DNA of 64,000 nucleotides, from contig MU053487.1 of NCBI GenBank assembly GCA_013239625.1, positions 1,943,058-2,007,057 on the forward strand. The letters are read 5' to 3'. Both the position numbers and the translations under genes were made by a program. Under the pieces are notes generated by a model. The model was not told where the DNA came from, did not search any database, and saw nothing but the letters and a program-made list of their open reading frames with translations. Shown here one piece after another: positions 23,661 to 38,105 of this stretch (position 1 is the first letter of the stretch; the number at the start of each line of letters is the position of its first letter). The stretch comes from Lama guanicoe. Lineage: Eukaryota.

Positions 23661-26344
23661 CTGCCCTATATGGTTTAGCAAAAACATTGCTATACATTTA
23701 GCTGTATATTTGGGTTTTAGTTATTCAATTGAGCATCACTGAGGGCATATGAATCACCTGAAATTAAGTTAGGGGCTCAGAGCTGCAAGGTAAGGAATGT
23801 GGTACCATCTGAAATAAACTTGTAGTCCAGTAGAGTAAGAAAATTTCACAAATTACTGCAAGGAAACATTAGAGTACTATAGGGAAAAAAATATATCCAG
23901 TACAGAGAAGGCACAAATGGGGGGAAAGTCAAATGGGCCAAGTCCCATAAACAGAGGCGTATCACCAGGCAGATTTTTGGGTGATGGGTAGGAAAGAGCC
24001 ATCCAAGCAGAGGGCATTTTATGGCCCAAAATACTGAGATATAAAAGAGCTCCAAAAGAGTTGGTCCTTTAACATGGCTTGACATCTAGCATGAGGCCGC
24101 TCTTGCCAAAGTTATATTGTATAGAGATGCTTAAATATGGCCAGCCTCGTTGTAGACACTCTTTATTCCAAAAGAATTCTTTGGGTGTTTGTCTATTCCA
24201 CACAAGTGTGTGAAATTTTTGTATATTTGTTGAATGAATGAATGAATGGGGTATACTTGAACCCTGTAGCGGCTGGGGTAATGCCTAACCGTTTTCACAA
24301 GAACCACCAGGTGGCAGATATTTAGTCTAAGAACGTAGTTCACTATGAGGAAAACTCAGATGATGAAATGTATAATAGCTTTTGTTTTCTTGATCCTAAC
24401 TGTCTGAGTTCATTAAATTCAAAGGGATTTTGTGAGGAAAAGAACTGGGGGGTATTTTAAGCCCTTTTGGCCTAGAAAAAATAACTGTTTATTGCATTGG
24501 CTTATGAAATTGAATTTGAAAGAGACAGTAACAAATACTCTTCTCTCAGCAAAAAATATAATAATAATAAAAAGAGGATTTTCCCAGGCTAAGTCACTCC
24601 TCTGTAGGGATTTCTCCTCGTCACTCTCCAAAATCAGTGAAAGAGGGATTACTGCCATGAAAGTCATATTGTTATGTATTATTGGAGGAAATAATGTGCA
24701 CAAGAATGGCACAGCACAATGATGCCTTTCTGTTTTCGCCACATGGAAATCAAGCCCCATTTACCATAAGACAAGTCCCACAGTCATATACAGAAGAAAG
24801 GAGGTGTCTGAAGTCACAGTGTTCCAAACACATAGTGGACAAATGCACAAGCCCTTACATGCATGTGTGCATTTGATTCTGGGTGTGATGCCTTAAATGG
24901 GATGTTGAGAAAGAGAGAGAGAGGTCACCCGAAGGAGATTATCCAGAATAGAAACCAGGTCATACAGGGAACAGCTTCAGGAAATGAAGGAGCTCAGTTG
25001 AGACTTGCGACGTAGGAGCCATCAAGGGCTCGCGTGGGGATGTCAGACAAACTACTTTTCTCAGAATTAGGACAGCTGAGTTACAGAGAGATGAAACTCT
25101 GCTTTAAAAAGGGAAGGATTTTATCACAACCGGGGCATCTCTGAGGTTTCCTCAACAGACTGTTCAAGTAGAGGCTCAAGTGTAATTAAGTGAATGAAAA
25201 TTCAGACCATTTGGCTCCAGAGGCCACACTCTCAGAAACAAGGAGAAACATATGAAGACAGTGTACGGCGCCTGGGTCGTATGAGGACGTGTTCAATAAA
25301 TAGTACTTTTTGTCTGTCCTTTTCCTTTCAGTTGTTACCTGAAGTTTATCATATAACTTCATTTTTGCTTTGAAAAAGGAATCTTAGTTTATTTATCCAC
25401 ATAACTCTTTGTAACTGCCTATGATAAAGAAGATAATATTTAATATTCACATATTGGCGTCAGTACATGATATGAAATACTTGACCATGCAAAGACCTGG
25501 GAGGTGGGAACATCCCTTAAGCACGTTCCAGAAGCAGCAAGAGGGGCGGCGTGGGGCGAGTGCAGTGGGAAGGGAGGCGGCACAAGATAGAAAATTCCCG
25601 GGGCCAGACTGTGGTGGGCCTTCTAGATCCTGGCAAGAAGTTTGGGTCAACTTCTGAGCAGGCGGTAGAGCAACTAGAGGATCTAAGTAAAGGAGTAATA
25701 TCTGATTCCTCCTAGGAAATCTTGACCCTGGTGTCATGTAGAGAAAGGTCGGTGGGAGGAAAGCAAAAAATCCAGTGAGGAGGTTGCTCTTGGAAAGATC
25801 CAGTGATCAGCAGGCAATATTACATAGAAGTCATGAGGAGTTCCTGATGTATTCAGCCTTCTGAGTGACTTACTATAATACTCATGTTTCTTTGTAAGTC
25901 CTAGGTATCTAAGGGTTTATGTAGTTTCAGGGTATTCTGAGAAGGTTTACTGAGGCTAATTCCGAGTCAAACATCATTCTTGTTTTAGCTGCTGTTGTTA
26001 GGCCTTTGCCCTAATTCTCCTTCTATTGACAGACAGGTTTTCTGGTGACAGAAAACCAGGGGGCAAGCGTTTAACTTTCAGTCCAACCACCATTTGCCGG
26101 GGGACCTTGATCATTATCTCTGAGCCACTTTGGGTCAGAGTCTCTTTATCCAAGAACGACTGAGGTCAACATAGGTTCATCCGACTCTGAAATTATATCA
26201 TTGTTTAGATCATAGATGTCATTAGAGCGTGGCCTCCATTAACTTTGCCATTTATTATTCAGAAAGAAAAAGTAATTGACCATGAGCCCAGCGACCTAAA
26301 TATTGGTTCTACATTAGTGCTGACTTCAAATAATAGTTTCATTT

Positions 26345-26510
26345 CCTTTATTGCACTTATCACTTTGTGAAACCAACTAGCTTACTCGTTTTTAACTCCT
26401 CTATTATAATGTCTGTTCCATGAGAGCAAGGACCTCCAGCCTCTGAAAGAGCACTTAGAATACAGCAGATGTTCAGCACATCTGTGTTGAATTGGATGAG
26501 TGAGTGACTG
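26345..26510 (+). mobile_element. L2 3' end fragment
   Basis: 'tccatgagagcaaggacc...agagcacttagaatacagcagatgttcagcacatctgtgttgaattggatgagtgagtga'. Confidence 0.6.
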
Positions 26511-29500
26511 ATTTGCCTCCTTGGTGGGGATTTCTATGCACTGGTAGGTGCAGCAACTCAACAGACTGATGTGCAACCAGGTTTGTTCATGAATTGTGGT
26601 AGACAAGTCCTTTTCACAGGTTTTAAAGTCATAGACTTCTCTGTTTATAATTAAAATCATGCATTAAAAAATATAAAAACCTGGCTCTGGTTGAAGAAGG
26701 GATGGAAAGCCCAGAGTTTTGCTCAAATGCCTTTGTTTCCTAAATCCTTCATAAGCAACCACTGAAGTAACTCTGTAAACAGTTTGAAAACTGCAGAAGA
26801 CTTTGACAACCAAGATCTTTCCAATTTCATAGGAACTGGAGTTGATTAAACCTCCTTACTTGTTAGCTCAGTCCTATGCCTACAGTCCCATTCAACAGCT
26901 TAGTCATTGCGTATCATCTCCAAGGAAAGGAACTTTTACCTAATATTTGAATACTTCTATTAGAAAATACTGCCTTTATCTGACTGAAATCTATCTCCCT
27001 GGGCTGCATTCAACCCCCAAGCATCTGGACAATCAGTTGGTTCCCTTTTCCCCAGGACAACGTTTTAACAGTTGGAAGGAAGCTTGTCTCATCCTGCCCC
27101 CTGTCTAGGGTGAATATTCCCCAGTTCTTTTTGTTTTAATAATGATCTGGCATCCTCAGGGTCTCCCAAACTTTCACAGTCAAAAGTTTTCATCTCTTAT
27201 TCGGCCACAGTTGGACAAGGCGTCATGGGAGAATTGGTGCCTAGATTAAAAAGAAGTTATCCTGGCAAGAGCTCATTGTGCGCATGTCGCAGGACCTTGC
27301 ATATGGCAGCCCTCCTCTCAAGGGTACGTCTTTGGCTCTTTTCCTCCTAAACGCATGGCAGACACCATCTTCCCTGGGCAGTCTTCTCAGCCCTGGCACT
27401 TGGGGTTCTAGCTCAGCTGATCCTTCTCTAAACTCTCATAGTCTCATCCTATTATTTGCATAAGTGCACTTGGATCATTTACTCACTGATCTATCCAACT
27501 CACTACTCTAAGACCTACTAAGGAGCAAAGACCGTGTCTTTTGTATCATTGTCCCCTGAGCCTGAACAGCTCTGTAAGAATGAGTGAATGAGTGAACAAG
27601 TGAAAGGGCGTAAGAGTGGACTGGCTCTCACGTCATGCTTCTCAGCAACATTCTCAGGGGAATTTTAATTTTAATTTTAATAGGACCTGAAAAAAAGTCA
27701 GGTTAGCATTGAGTTTTCTGAGGAGACAAATTACAGTAAACACTACCTTCTGTAGTAATGCAGAAACTTTCTTTTTCTAAATGATAGATAGATTTCATAC
27801 AGTAGGGACTGGACTGGTGTCTAATTCATATGGCCATTTCTGAGGGATTCAGATGTCCTGAGCTTAAGAGCACTTGAAGAATATATTACTCTTGGCGGCC
27901 CTGTGTTATTACTCTCCCAAGAAAGATTCATCCCTTCCATTTTCATCCTGCTCTTAAATTAAATCTCTGGGGTTGAAGGAAAACAATCTATATTCCTTTG
28001 TAAGTGGTTGTAGAATGCATGTTATAAACAGTTCATCCCTTCTCTTGCTGCCTAAAGGCTCGCTCTGTTTTACAGCTTACAGCTTACAGCTTACATACTC
28101 CGGGACTAGCTCATGTGACAGACATTCACCAAAAACTTCAAGTGAGATTACATCTATGCAGCCCAGAGAAAGAGGACTTAACATTCTCTCCTCTTAGTAA
28201 TTAAAAAGGAGAAGATTTGGAGACCAGATCCTGAGAAGAATGACTTGAGTCTACCGTCAGTCGACAAATACAGATCTGCTTCTTCTAGGATTATGATGGC
28301 TATATATTTATACATAGATACATAGGTATGATATATGTATGATATAGTTTTTTTTAAGTATTTACTCATCATCTACTTCTTAGCGAGCATTTTTTTTTTC
28401 TATCAGTGAACACAGTGTCCTTGACAGAGCCTCCCCTTCAGTGTCTGCCACAGCACTTTTCACCTACTTGATTCTCAGCAAACGTGGGTTTGAATTGATC
28501 TGCAAAACCTCCTGTGACCTAGGAATCCAGGAAGCACCTGATTTTTTCTAACATGGAAGTTTTCTAAGGGATCGAGGTCCCCGTCCCCAGTTTTATCTAC
28601 ATTCTTCAGACACTCATTTGCAACACACTTTTGCTTCCATTTTGCTGCATGCTGGTTAGTGACAGCTGCACATAAAACAGCTCAGAGACCAGGAGGGTAG
28701 AGGGGAATGGCCGTCACCTCCCGTTTGTGTGCATTACTGACATTATCCTTCTGCATCTGAGCATGAGCTATAATCCTTGCTTGTTCAAACGTATGAAATA
28801 TCCCGTTTCCTTTAGTCCCACTGGTTTCTTGTGACTTGCTGTGTCATTTAACTAAGTGGGTGCCATCTGTGTCTGTGCTACCATAAAATAATGTCAGTGG
28901 TGAGACCCCTCATCCTTTTGGAATGAACAAATATATTTGTGTAATCACTTGTGAATGTTCTGTATGTATGAATGTGTGTGTGTGTGAGCGCTTTTGTTTT
29001 GTGTGCATTGGTCAGTGCATGAGAATAGCTATAAGAAGAACCCTAGAATTTGGAAATAAATACCAAAATAAAAAAATCAACAAGCAAGGGATCAAAGCAG
29101 AAGTGTGCAAAGTCACCTTAAAGAGATAAAATGATTCCAGGGCCAGCAAGATTTGACATCATCCTGAGTGAGGGTAGAAATAACATCTCAAAGTACAGGA
29201 TCCAAGAAGAAGCAACTGGCTAGACTAAGAAACACTGGGGAAAAGAGGAAAGTTAGGGAGGCAAATATTGTAGTGTCCATTCAGCCTTCTCTAAGGCACA
29301 TGGGTGTCCTGGAGACAATGATGGCAGAATCCTCTGCTCGGTAAAAATACCTCGGTCACAAGGATCACAACTCTTGCTCACACACTGTAGTAACCAAACA
29401 ATCTTCCAGCCACAAAGCTGGTTTTCCAAGAACCTCCACACCAGGAAGAAAGACAGCCTGAATTCAGGACATAAGGAGCCCCAGCGCTGCACATGGATCA

Positions 29501-30781
29501 CACACAAGCACATACAACACTGTGCGCACACAGAACAAGATGGCACGTTAGTTTACACACGCATATCCTGTGTATCACGTGAGCGTACTTGGTGTGTGCA
29601 TCGAGGTGACTCCTCCAGAAGCCAGATCAGTTCTGAGGCACTGAAAAGCCTGAGCCTAGAGAGATGTACCCAAAGGCCAGAGAGTGGAGAAAACTGAGAA
29701 TATGGTCAAAAGAGTGATGGAGGCAACGGCCTCAGTGTTTCAGGATGGATAGATAGATAAGAGTATTTTACAGGAGAAGGTGTAAAACAGAAGTTAGAGA
29801 GATGGCGGTGGCAGGGTTAGATGAGGTTAAAGGGCAGAGGACATGGGAGAAACTCAGTGGGCAGGCTGAAATGACTGGAAATTGTGATTAGAAACTGAGA
29901 CATCCAGATTTATGGTTTAGAGGCAAAAGAGCAGATTCCAGTGATTGCAAGGTTCAGGATGTGGTCGTGGGAGATCACTGACTATGAACTCAAGATGTTG
30001 TTTGAGTCATTCATTCAGACATCTGTCATCTTAGATCATAGCAGGAAGAGAGATAGACAGGAAGACTATGAATGCTATGCCAAATCCTTCAAAAATGGTG
30101 GGGGGTGGTAAACTTGGTCTGAAATAGGGATCCACCTTGGTCTCCCTCCTGCACCCGATCCCCAGTGAATTCTGCATCACTGCCCTTTCATCTCATGGGG
30201 TATATGCAGAAATTTACCTTCAAGTCTTTGAGGGTGGAAAGGCTGCCCAGCACAAGGACATCTGCCGGCTTTGGTTGACTGCTCCTTCTGTGTCTAGCAC
30301 TGTGTCTGGCTTTGTTGAGTATAGAAGCAACTAGCCCATTCCCTACACTCTGGCAAAGATGCCACACTAGCCTGTGGAGAAAACCAATCGAATGGTAACC
30401 ACAAGTGCTGGATATAAGTCTAATAGCAGGTCATGAAAGGAAGCAAACAGCTCGAGCAGTGATGAGCAAATAGCTGGACCTTGGAGTAAAATGGGTGGGA
30501 AAAATGGGCTGGTAGTAGCCGATAAAGGAGGTGAGAGCTTTATCTGAGGGAGGAGTACGTGTCTTTCACATACCAGGGATATTGCGAAGCCTACCCAGAA
30601 TGAGGCCAGTGGTCTACATTGAAGAGCATGTGATGGGGAGGAAGTTCACTCCTCCAGGGTCAGCCACGCTCCAACACGTGGAGCCAGAGCACTGTTTTTG
30701 AGCCTGTCTTTCATAGTCACAGTCCCCACCAAGAACTTTCAGAAAATAGAGGCAGCACTCTTCCCACACCTGCGCAGACCC

Positions 30782-31234
30782 TGTCATGGATGCAGGCGGT
30801 GCCTGACCCAGATGCTGTCACCTGGCCTGGGCACACACTGCCAGCTGTGCTGGTGTCGGCTGCCCCTAGCTCCCGGCTGCCCCTTCCTCAGGAGAGTCCC
30901 CCTGGGGTGCCCTAGCAGAACTGCCCTCCCAGGGCACTGTGTTTCCTTCTACCCTTTTCCTTGTGCCTCAAGCAGACAGAGGCCAATGACGAACTGACAT
31001 AGGGCCGAGCCCCCTTGTCTCAGGGTGAACCTGGGCGGGTGGGCAATTTGAGTTCCCCAAGGGATCCGTCTGAAGCTGATCTCTAGCCAGGACTGCACCC
31101 TTGCTTGCTTCCTTTTCCCGCCCTGTCCTGCTTTCCTCCCTGCCTCACTGGCTTCTCCTGGAAGCTGTCTCCCAAGAAATCCCTTGCAGATGACTCCCCT
31201 TATCAGTCTCTCTTTGAAAGTCCAACCTAAGACA
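30782..31234 (+). mobile_element. ERVL LTR, LTR16-like
   Basis: TG start. Contains 'ggccaatgacgaactgac' and 'ccctgtcctgctttcctccctgcctcac'. Ends 'aacctaagaca'. Confidence 0.7.
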
Positions 31235-32464
31235 TGGACAGATCCACATTTTACAACCAGGAAGAGTGTTCCTATGTGAAAACTGAGAGCTCCACTCGAA
31301 TATCTTGATTTTTAAATATTATTTTTGGGCAAATTATGGTTGATGGTATCCAAATCAGCCCGCAACCGCTTCCTGGTCTCAGGCAAGATCATTTTTCTTG
31401 GCTTCAGGCTTTCTGTCTTGGTCAAGTTTCTGAATCTGTCTCTGTATTCATTAGGTTCAGACCCATTTCTCAGCTATTCTCGCACCCTTGGCTGTGACAT
31501 CTTCATGTGGGTTATCTCTTGGGTGGCTAACCCACTTTGGCCTCATGCTCTCTATTTTCATCTATCTCGTTGAATATCTAAATTATACCCTAGACCAGAG
31601 GTCTAGATTACCTGCTTGCCCAAATAAGGGTTTCAGAATATTTTTTTCCTCATGACTTGGTTCTGTGCCTCTCACCGCTCCTGTCCTCCATCCTTTGGCT
31701 GAGCTGCAGCCTCAGTGCCCTGCCTCTGAACAAAGGACTCGCGAGCCCTGGCAGGTCAGGCTCGGAGCCCTCAGCCCCGCAGTCCTCAGCATCGCTTGCC
31801 GGACATGCCCGCACCTAGAATGAGAGCCTCAGCTCTCAGTGGAGTTGATGTCCCTGTGGTCCCCTCCCCCCTCCTCATGCGGCAGTCATAGCACTCTCAC
31901 TGGAATTCAAAGCCCTGATAGCAACAGCCTCTCTCAAGTCCACTCTCTTGCCACCACCTTGCTCCGGGAATATCACTGGGCACCCGAAGCCAGGCCCCAG
32001 CGAGAAGAAGTTCCGCTGGCTCCCACAGTCAGCTCTCCCCATATTTTGATTCAGCCCTTTCCCTCTGAGACTGGATGATGATTCTCAGTTTGGCTTCTTG
32101 GCCTTGCCTTCATATTTCTCCACATCCCTTCCTGCCCAGCCCTCCAGTCCTCCTTGGGAGTAACAAGCCTCCATGAAAGTAGAGACTGTTTCAATTCTTT
32201 CCCCTTATCTTCACCATTTTTTTCTTTTTCTCCTCCTCCATGCACTTGCACAACCCCCCTGCCCCTACTTTTAGAACCTGTCGGCAGAGTCTGCAGCTGG
32301 TTTTTCAGTCTCAATTGTTGACTTACACTTTCTTGATCTGAGATTCAGTGGATTCCCAAAATACTTTTCATTAATTAAAAAAAATTTTTTTTTCAAAAAT
32401 AAAAATTCTTGAAAAATCAGGCAGAGAAACTTAAGACTACAATTCTAAACAACGTAATAACATT

Positions 32465-32665
32465 TAAGAGTTTGAGCTCTGGAATCAAGTGGCCAGGGTT
32501 CCCACCCTATCTCTTTGATACCCTAGCTCAGGGTCTCAGCTCGCTTCTCTGTAAAATGGGGATAATAATAGAATCTTCTTCAAAAGAGTGTTGTATGGGT
32601 AAACGGATACATTACGTAAACATCATTTAGAATATAAGCCAGAAATATAGTCAGCCTCAGTAATG
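32465..32665 (+). mobile_element. MIR SINE
   Basis: 'gagctctggaatcaa...tctcagctcgcttctctgtaaaatggggataataatag'. Confidence 0.75.
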
Positions 32666-32736
32666 ATGTAGAAAGATTTTGATTTTCTTTTCTGTTTTTT
32701 CAGAGCCATGCATGTAGTCATTACTCAAAAACTATA

Positions 32737-32821
32737 TCTGTCTGTCTGTCTGTCTGTCTTTCTTCCTTCCTTCCTTCCTTCCTTCCCTCCCTTCCTTCCT
32801 TCCCTCCCTCCCTCTCTCCCT
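32737..32821. repeat. (TCTG)n-(TTCC)n-(TCCC)n compound microsatellite
   Basis: Read directly. Confidence 0.9.
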
Positions 32822-35187
32822 TGTAAATTCATTCAACAATAATAAAGGGGCATCTGTTTTATCCAAAGCAACCCACTAGGATTTAGGCATAAGATAAATG
32901 AATAAAAAGGCAGTTCTGACCCCCGTCCTCACACAGCTTATCATCTTGGTGCAGAGGAAGGGAAGGCAGATGTGAAAGATATCTTTTCATACGTTGAAAT
33001 AAATGAATCAGCCGAGTTGTAGTTAATTCAGAGGAACCCAAGCCTAAATTCAAGAAAGGCTTCGTCACAGGGAAGGGTGGAGTGAGGAAGAAAATCGTCA
33101 AGGGGGATCCCTAGGGCTCTAACTTTCCCAAAATGAAATAGAAATCTACTGGTTTTTTTATTTTAATGATGGTATAATAGGCAGGACCAAAGACAGCAGA
33201 GCCTGTTAAAAGTTTTAGGTATTTATTCCAACTCAGAGAACTTCAGTTGGCCCCTTGAGCTACATAACTCATCAGCTCTGGTTATTGCCATACCCTGTGT
33301 CCCATAACTACTCCGCTTTTAACTTGTGTACAAAGCCCAGGGGGGCAGGAGGAGCAGCTGCTCCCTCAGACAGAAGCCCTCAAAGAGAAGCACAGATCAG
33401 AGAACAGCAGAGACGGGAGGGTGGAAGTCTGCAGGCGGCTGCCTCGTAGGTGTTGAAGGCTCAGCCTCACCCTGGTGACTGCAGTAACAGTCATTGTGTC
33501 CAAGGTAACTAACTCGTCCGGGATGCCTCCAGGCAGGCCAGGTGTGTGGAGAACAGACCTCTGAGGAAAAAGAAACGATGCCTCCCAAATTAGGACAGAA
33601 CTCTGGAATCTGGGAGGACAAGTTGGAAAAATGTATCGAATCTTAAGAGCGTTTTGTTTTCACAGAGCAGAAGAATTCTATTTCATACCCTCCCTCTTAA
33701 AGAAAATCATAACTTTCTGTGGACCTGGGTAAGGAAACGGGGGCATCACATTCAGGAATCAGGTTGTGTGCAATACACCCGGAACCGGTCGTCCCATCCC
33801 TGCCTGCTCAGGTTTGGGGTCGAACTGCTGGAGCATCTCTGAGACACACATCTAGATAATCCACAAAAGACAAATCCTAAATCAAGAAGAAAGGAGTGGT
33901 AAAAGGTGGTTCTCTGTGAAAAGAAAAATGAACTTTGATTTACGTAAGCTTCGACGAAGCATTTTTATGTTCTTTCAATACTAGCTTCCTCGTGCAATTA
34001 ACATAGAAATTGATAGGCAAGGCACTGATTCTTAGCAGCGTTTCAGGGCCTTAGCTAATATGAAGAGCAAGATTTATCTGAACAAATAATGTAATCCCTG
34101 TCCTTAGTTCCACTGCAGAAAGAAACAAAAGAAAAAGGCACAAGTTGTTTACTCTGTAGGGCACAGCCAAGAGAGGCTTCAGAGCAGAGATTCACAAAGG
34201 AGCCTCCCATAGGAACTAAATGTTTCCTGGGGCCACTGCTAAAATACAATATAGGGTTGTTTTGTTTTGTTGTATTTTTCTCAAACCTACAGAAGAAATT
34301 GGTCATTATTTTTAATCTAATTTTCCTATTAGAAATTTTCTTTAAATGTTGACATTTGATACCATAATCAGTACTATAATCAGTGTAAAATGGTATCTGC
34401 TTTTGCAGAAATTTTTATATTTGGTTATGTTACATTTAATCTATTGATATTTCACGTTACCCGTCAAAGAGCTCCCAGATGTTCTGTCCCCTGATAAAAT
34501 TTGATTTCTCAATTTGTTAGGAATCAGAAGGGGTTCCCAGATGAACCTCATTTTTTGGCAACAAATATTCCTTTATGCTAACTCTAATTGCTAGCACCTA
34601 GTTAGCACTTAACTAGAGGCCATTCTGACTGGTTGAATCCCCGTATTAACCCCATAAAGCAAGTATATTTTTCACGTGAGAAACTGAGAGTCAAGAAGTT
34701 CACTGACATGTGTAGAGTCATTGCTGGGACGTGCCTGAGCCAATGCTGTCTGGCCCCAAAGCCTAGACTTGTAGCCACAATGTCAAAATAGAGGTGGAGT
34801 AAATGCTATGGATGGTTTGAAAGCCTGTCAGGGCTCAGCCTCTAGACGGTTGGTCTTACTCACTATTGAAACCTCATCACCTAAATCAGTGCCAGACTTG
34901 TAGTGTTTGTTGAGTAAATGTATGAATCAGGAAATAGCCCATCAGTGTGGGGATTGTGTAGTAAAGCAGAGGCAAGAGTTAAAAAAACAAAAAACAAAAA
35001 AAACCTGGGAATCAGATTTGCTTGATTTCACATCAGACAGACAGTTAGGCCAACAGAACACAAATAACATCCAATCCTATATCTGTGATTGCTTTGCCTC
35101 AAGTTGGCCTTCCTAACATATCTGCAGCTAGCTCTTTATTTTCCACACACCCCCCTTATGAATTAAGACAGAGATTCTTGGAACACC

Positions 35188-35610
35188 ACTGACTTGGAAT
35201 GGGCTCACTAGAAGCGGAGCCTGAGACAGGGATTCAGATGCAAATGATTTATTGAGGAATAGCTCTCAAAAGAAATCTGTAAGAAAAGTAAGGAAAAAGG
35301 ATAATGGAGGGGAAGGAGAGAAACTGAGCTCAGATGTGGTCTCTGGAAACTCTACGTTTGACCTCTCCCGAGGGAGGCTGTGGAGCGTAAATCACACTGC
35401 ATAGGTGTCCCTGCCTAGAAGGAAAGGGCTGGCCTTCTGCACATCCATATCATTCAGTCACTGACTACAGAAAAGAGATGCATAATCTCCTGTTACAGAG
35501 GCTTCCAGACTTGGAGAAGAGGCAGCTTCAACCACCAACACTAATGGAAGTTGGAGGAACGAGTTGTCACTAGGGAAGCTTGACTGGGCACTAGTAGTTT
35601 CCACTCCAGC
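35188..35610 (-). mobile_element. ERVL LTR, LTR16-like
   Basis: 'tagaagcggagcctgagacagggattcagatgcaaatgatttattgagg' is the antisense LTR16-type 3' end, including the poly(A) signal. Confidence 0.65.
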
Positions 35611-38105
35611 TTTTCTGGAGACTTGATTACTCCTTTCCTTTCTGTCCATAAAAAGGCAAGCATTATTGATTCAGTAAAATGCAATGATCTATCTGTGCCA
35701 GGTCTTTGTTTTATGCCAAGTTTACAAAAATGAATAAGCCATTGTCTCTTCTGTACATGGCTAATGGCAACGCCCTGTCTGAGTCAGATCATAAGGACGG
35801 ACATATGTACACGGGAGAGTTTCAGGTGAAGAGATGGACCATAAGGTAAATTAATCAGGCCGAGGTAGAAGGGTGACTTGCAGGGTGATGAAAGCTTTGA
35901 AACAGAGGGTCAGGGACTTCCTTCCAGGGGAGAGACTATTTGAGCAGAGACTGAATTGAACAACAGAAGAAAATAAGCCACATGATTACTGTCATCCACT
36001 GTACCTGGTCCCTGAAAGCAAAAGAGGGAGTGAGGAGACATGAGAGTGCACAGGTTAAGTGGGGGCCGGGTGTGAGGGCACAGTCGGTCACAGATGCTTT
36101 CCAGGCACAACCCACAGCAGTGTGGCATGCGTTTTACATTTTTTTCCCATGCTAACATTAATGTAGGTTAACTAATGATTTATAATTTAGTATACAGTAT
36201 GACTTTTTACTTTGTTTCCATTTTCCACTGAACATCTTTATAATATACCCTGTCTCCATTCATTGTACTTAAATGTTGCTTCTCATTTCTGCATGAAAGG
36301 GTATTAGCTAGAAGTACATGTGCAGAATCCAAATCCCGTCAAATGTTACTTTTCCCAACTTGTTGCAGGTTTACTTGATGTTGGTATCAGCATTTTATAA
36401 ATATATAGCTATATGTGTATAAACACATGTATGCAAATACATGCGTATACATATGCAGATACCAGAGCCTCAGTGCACTTACACTGCTCGGCTCCCTGTT
36501 CATTCTTTAATGCTTTGAAGTTTATATCAACCAGTTACCATAATTATTTCAAGGAAGCACAATTAAGCGCAGCAGATTGTTTTTTGGTAGACCGCGCGAG
36601 TCATTTGTCAGGTTAAATTTGCTTGTTCTTTATGTGATAACATTTCTTGTTCAGGGATGTCCCGGGGTTTGGTTACTCAAAGGACCATTCTGGAAATGAA
36701 ATTTGGGCTCCAAGTAACCCACAATAAAGAAGTCAAAATTGGCAATTAAAAAACGAGAAACTAAGCATTTGTGTTCCAGAACCTTAATGAGTTTTGACCT
36801 GTGGCCTCAAAGACCCGCTGTGTTCTAATGAAAATTTTAAAACCCAACTTCTATTAGTGAAAAATTAGAAAAAATTGAAGCCCTGTGTACTGGAATTTAA
36901 CTCTGAGGAACACACCAAGGTTCCAGTTATGAATAGAGTGGCATTTGCAATTTGCAATGCACTATTTCAGCAAACAGAGTTCATGGAGTAACCTATAATA
37001 TTTCTGACAAAGAGCGTTTACCAAAGAACATTTTTCTTCCTTAAAACCACCCGAGAGACTTCTTTAACAATAAAGTTTAAAAAGTACATACTGAGTGATT
37101 AAATTCTTAAAACATTCCCAACGGTTCACCCAGAAGATTTTAATTTTCTTAACCACATTGTCCAGTGCCATTTTTTCTCATTGCTTATTTTATTGAGAGT
37201 TATATTTTGTTTAATTTGTATTCTAGAGATAAGAATTTCCTAAGCAGGGGTCTTTGGATTCCTGAAGAGGATTGTGGGTCCATACTCCAGCCTCAATGAT
37301 ATTTTAAGTTATGTTTTGTAAACATTTGAAAGTATTAAGCATTTTATTACTGCATTCCCTGTGGTCTAACTCTCCACACACAATTTCTGTGCCTCAGTTG
37401 ATGGTTGAGCACCTTTTTAATAGTGATCTGTCAAAGAAAAAGGAGAGAGACAGGCTTCATCCTTCAGAGATGCTTTCAAGCTACATGAAGGCAAACAGGG
37501 AGATTGCAAACTGGGGGAGAAAATTCCACAGTACTTGTATGAGAACTGAGTCTTCACTCAGCCTCCAAGAATGAAAAACCCTTGACCTAAAAAAAAAAAA
37601 AAAAAACAACCATACATAGCAGCGTGGCCCAAGTTCATTCTATGTGTGGCAGTGTGGTTTCTACAAAACCATGTTTCCCATCACTTTCAATTAATGTTCA
37701 CTTTATGTATTTTAACTTGTAGGTTTCTTTTCACTTAATTTGGGTTTTGTATGAACAAAGCTGCCATTTTAAGGAGAATTAAAACTTTAGCTTCAACTTG
37801 TTTATACTTTTGTAGGTAACATTATAATAAACCATTTTATATCAACCTGAAGGGTCTAAAATCTAAAATACTTTGCTTTCCACCAGAGGAGTCTCTGCAC
37901 TCCTTTGGGCTTAGAAGCCCTGCTCCTCCAGATGTGCCTTGTTAACTCAGCTAGATTTGAACTTCTCAAGGACAAGCCCTTGTCCCTTGGTGTTGCTCCG
38001 GTCAAAGCTGTGCAACATGCTTGTTAAGTTATCGAGGAATGAATGAGACATATTCCTAAAACAGTATTATTTTATGTTCCTGTGCACCTGAGTGCTACTT
38101 CCTGG

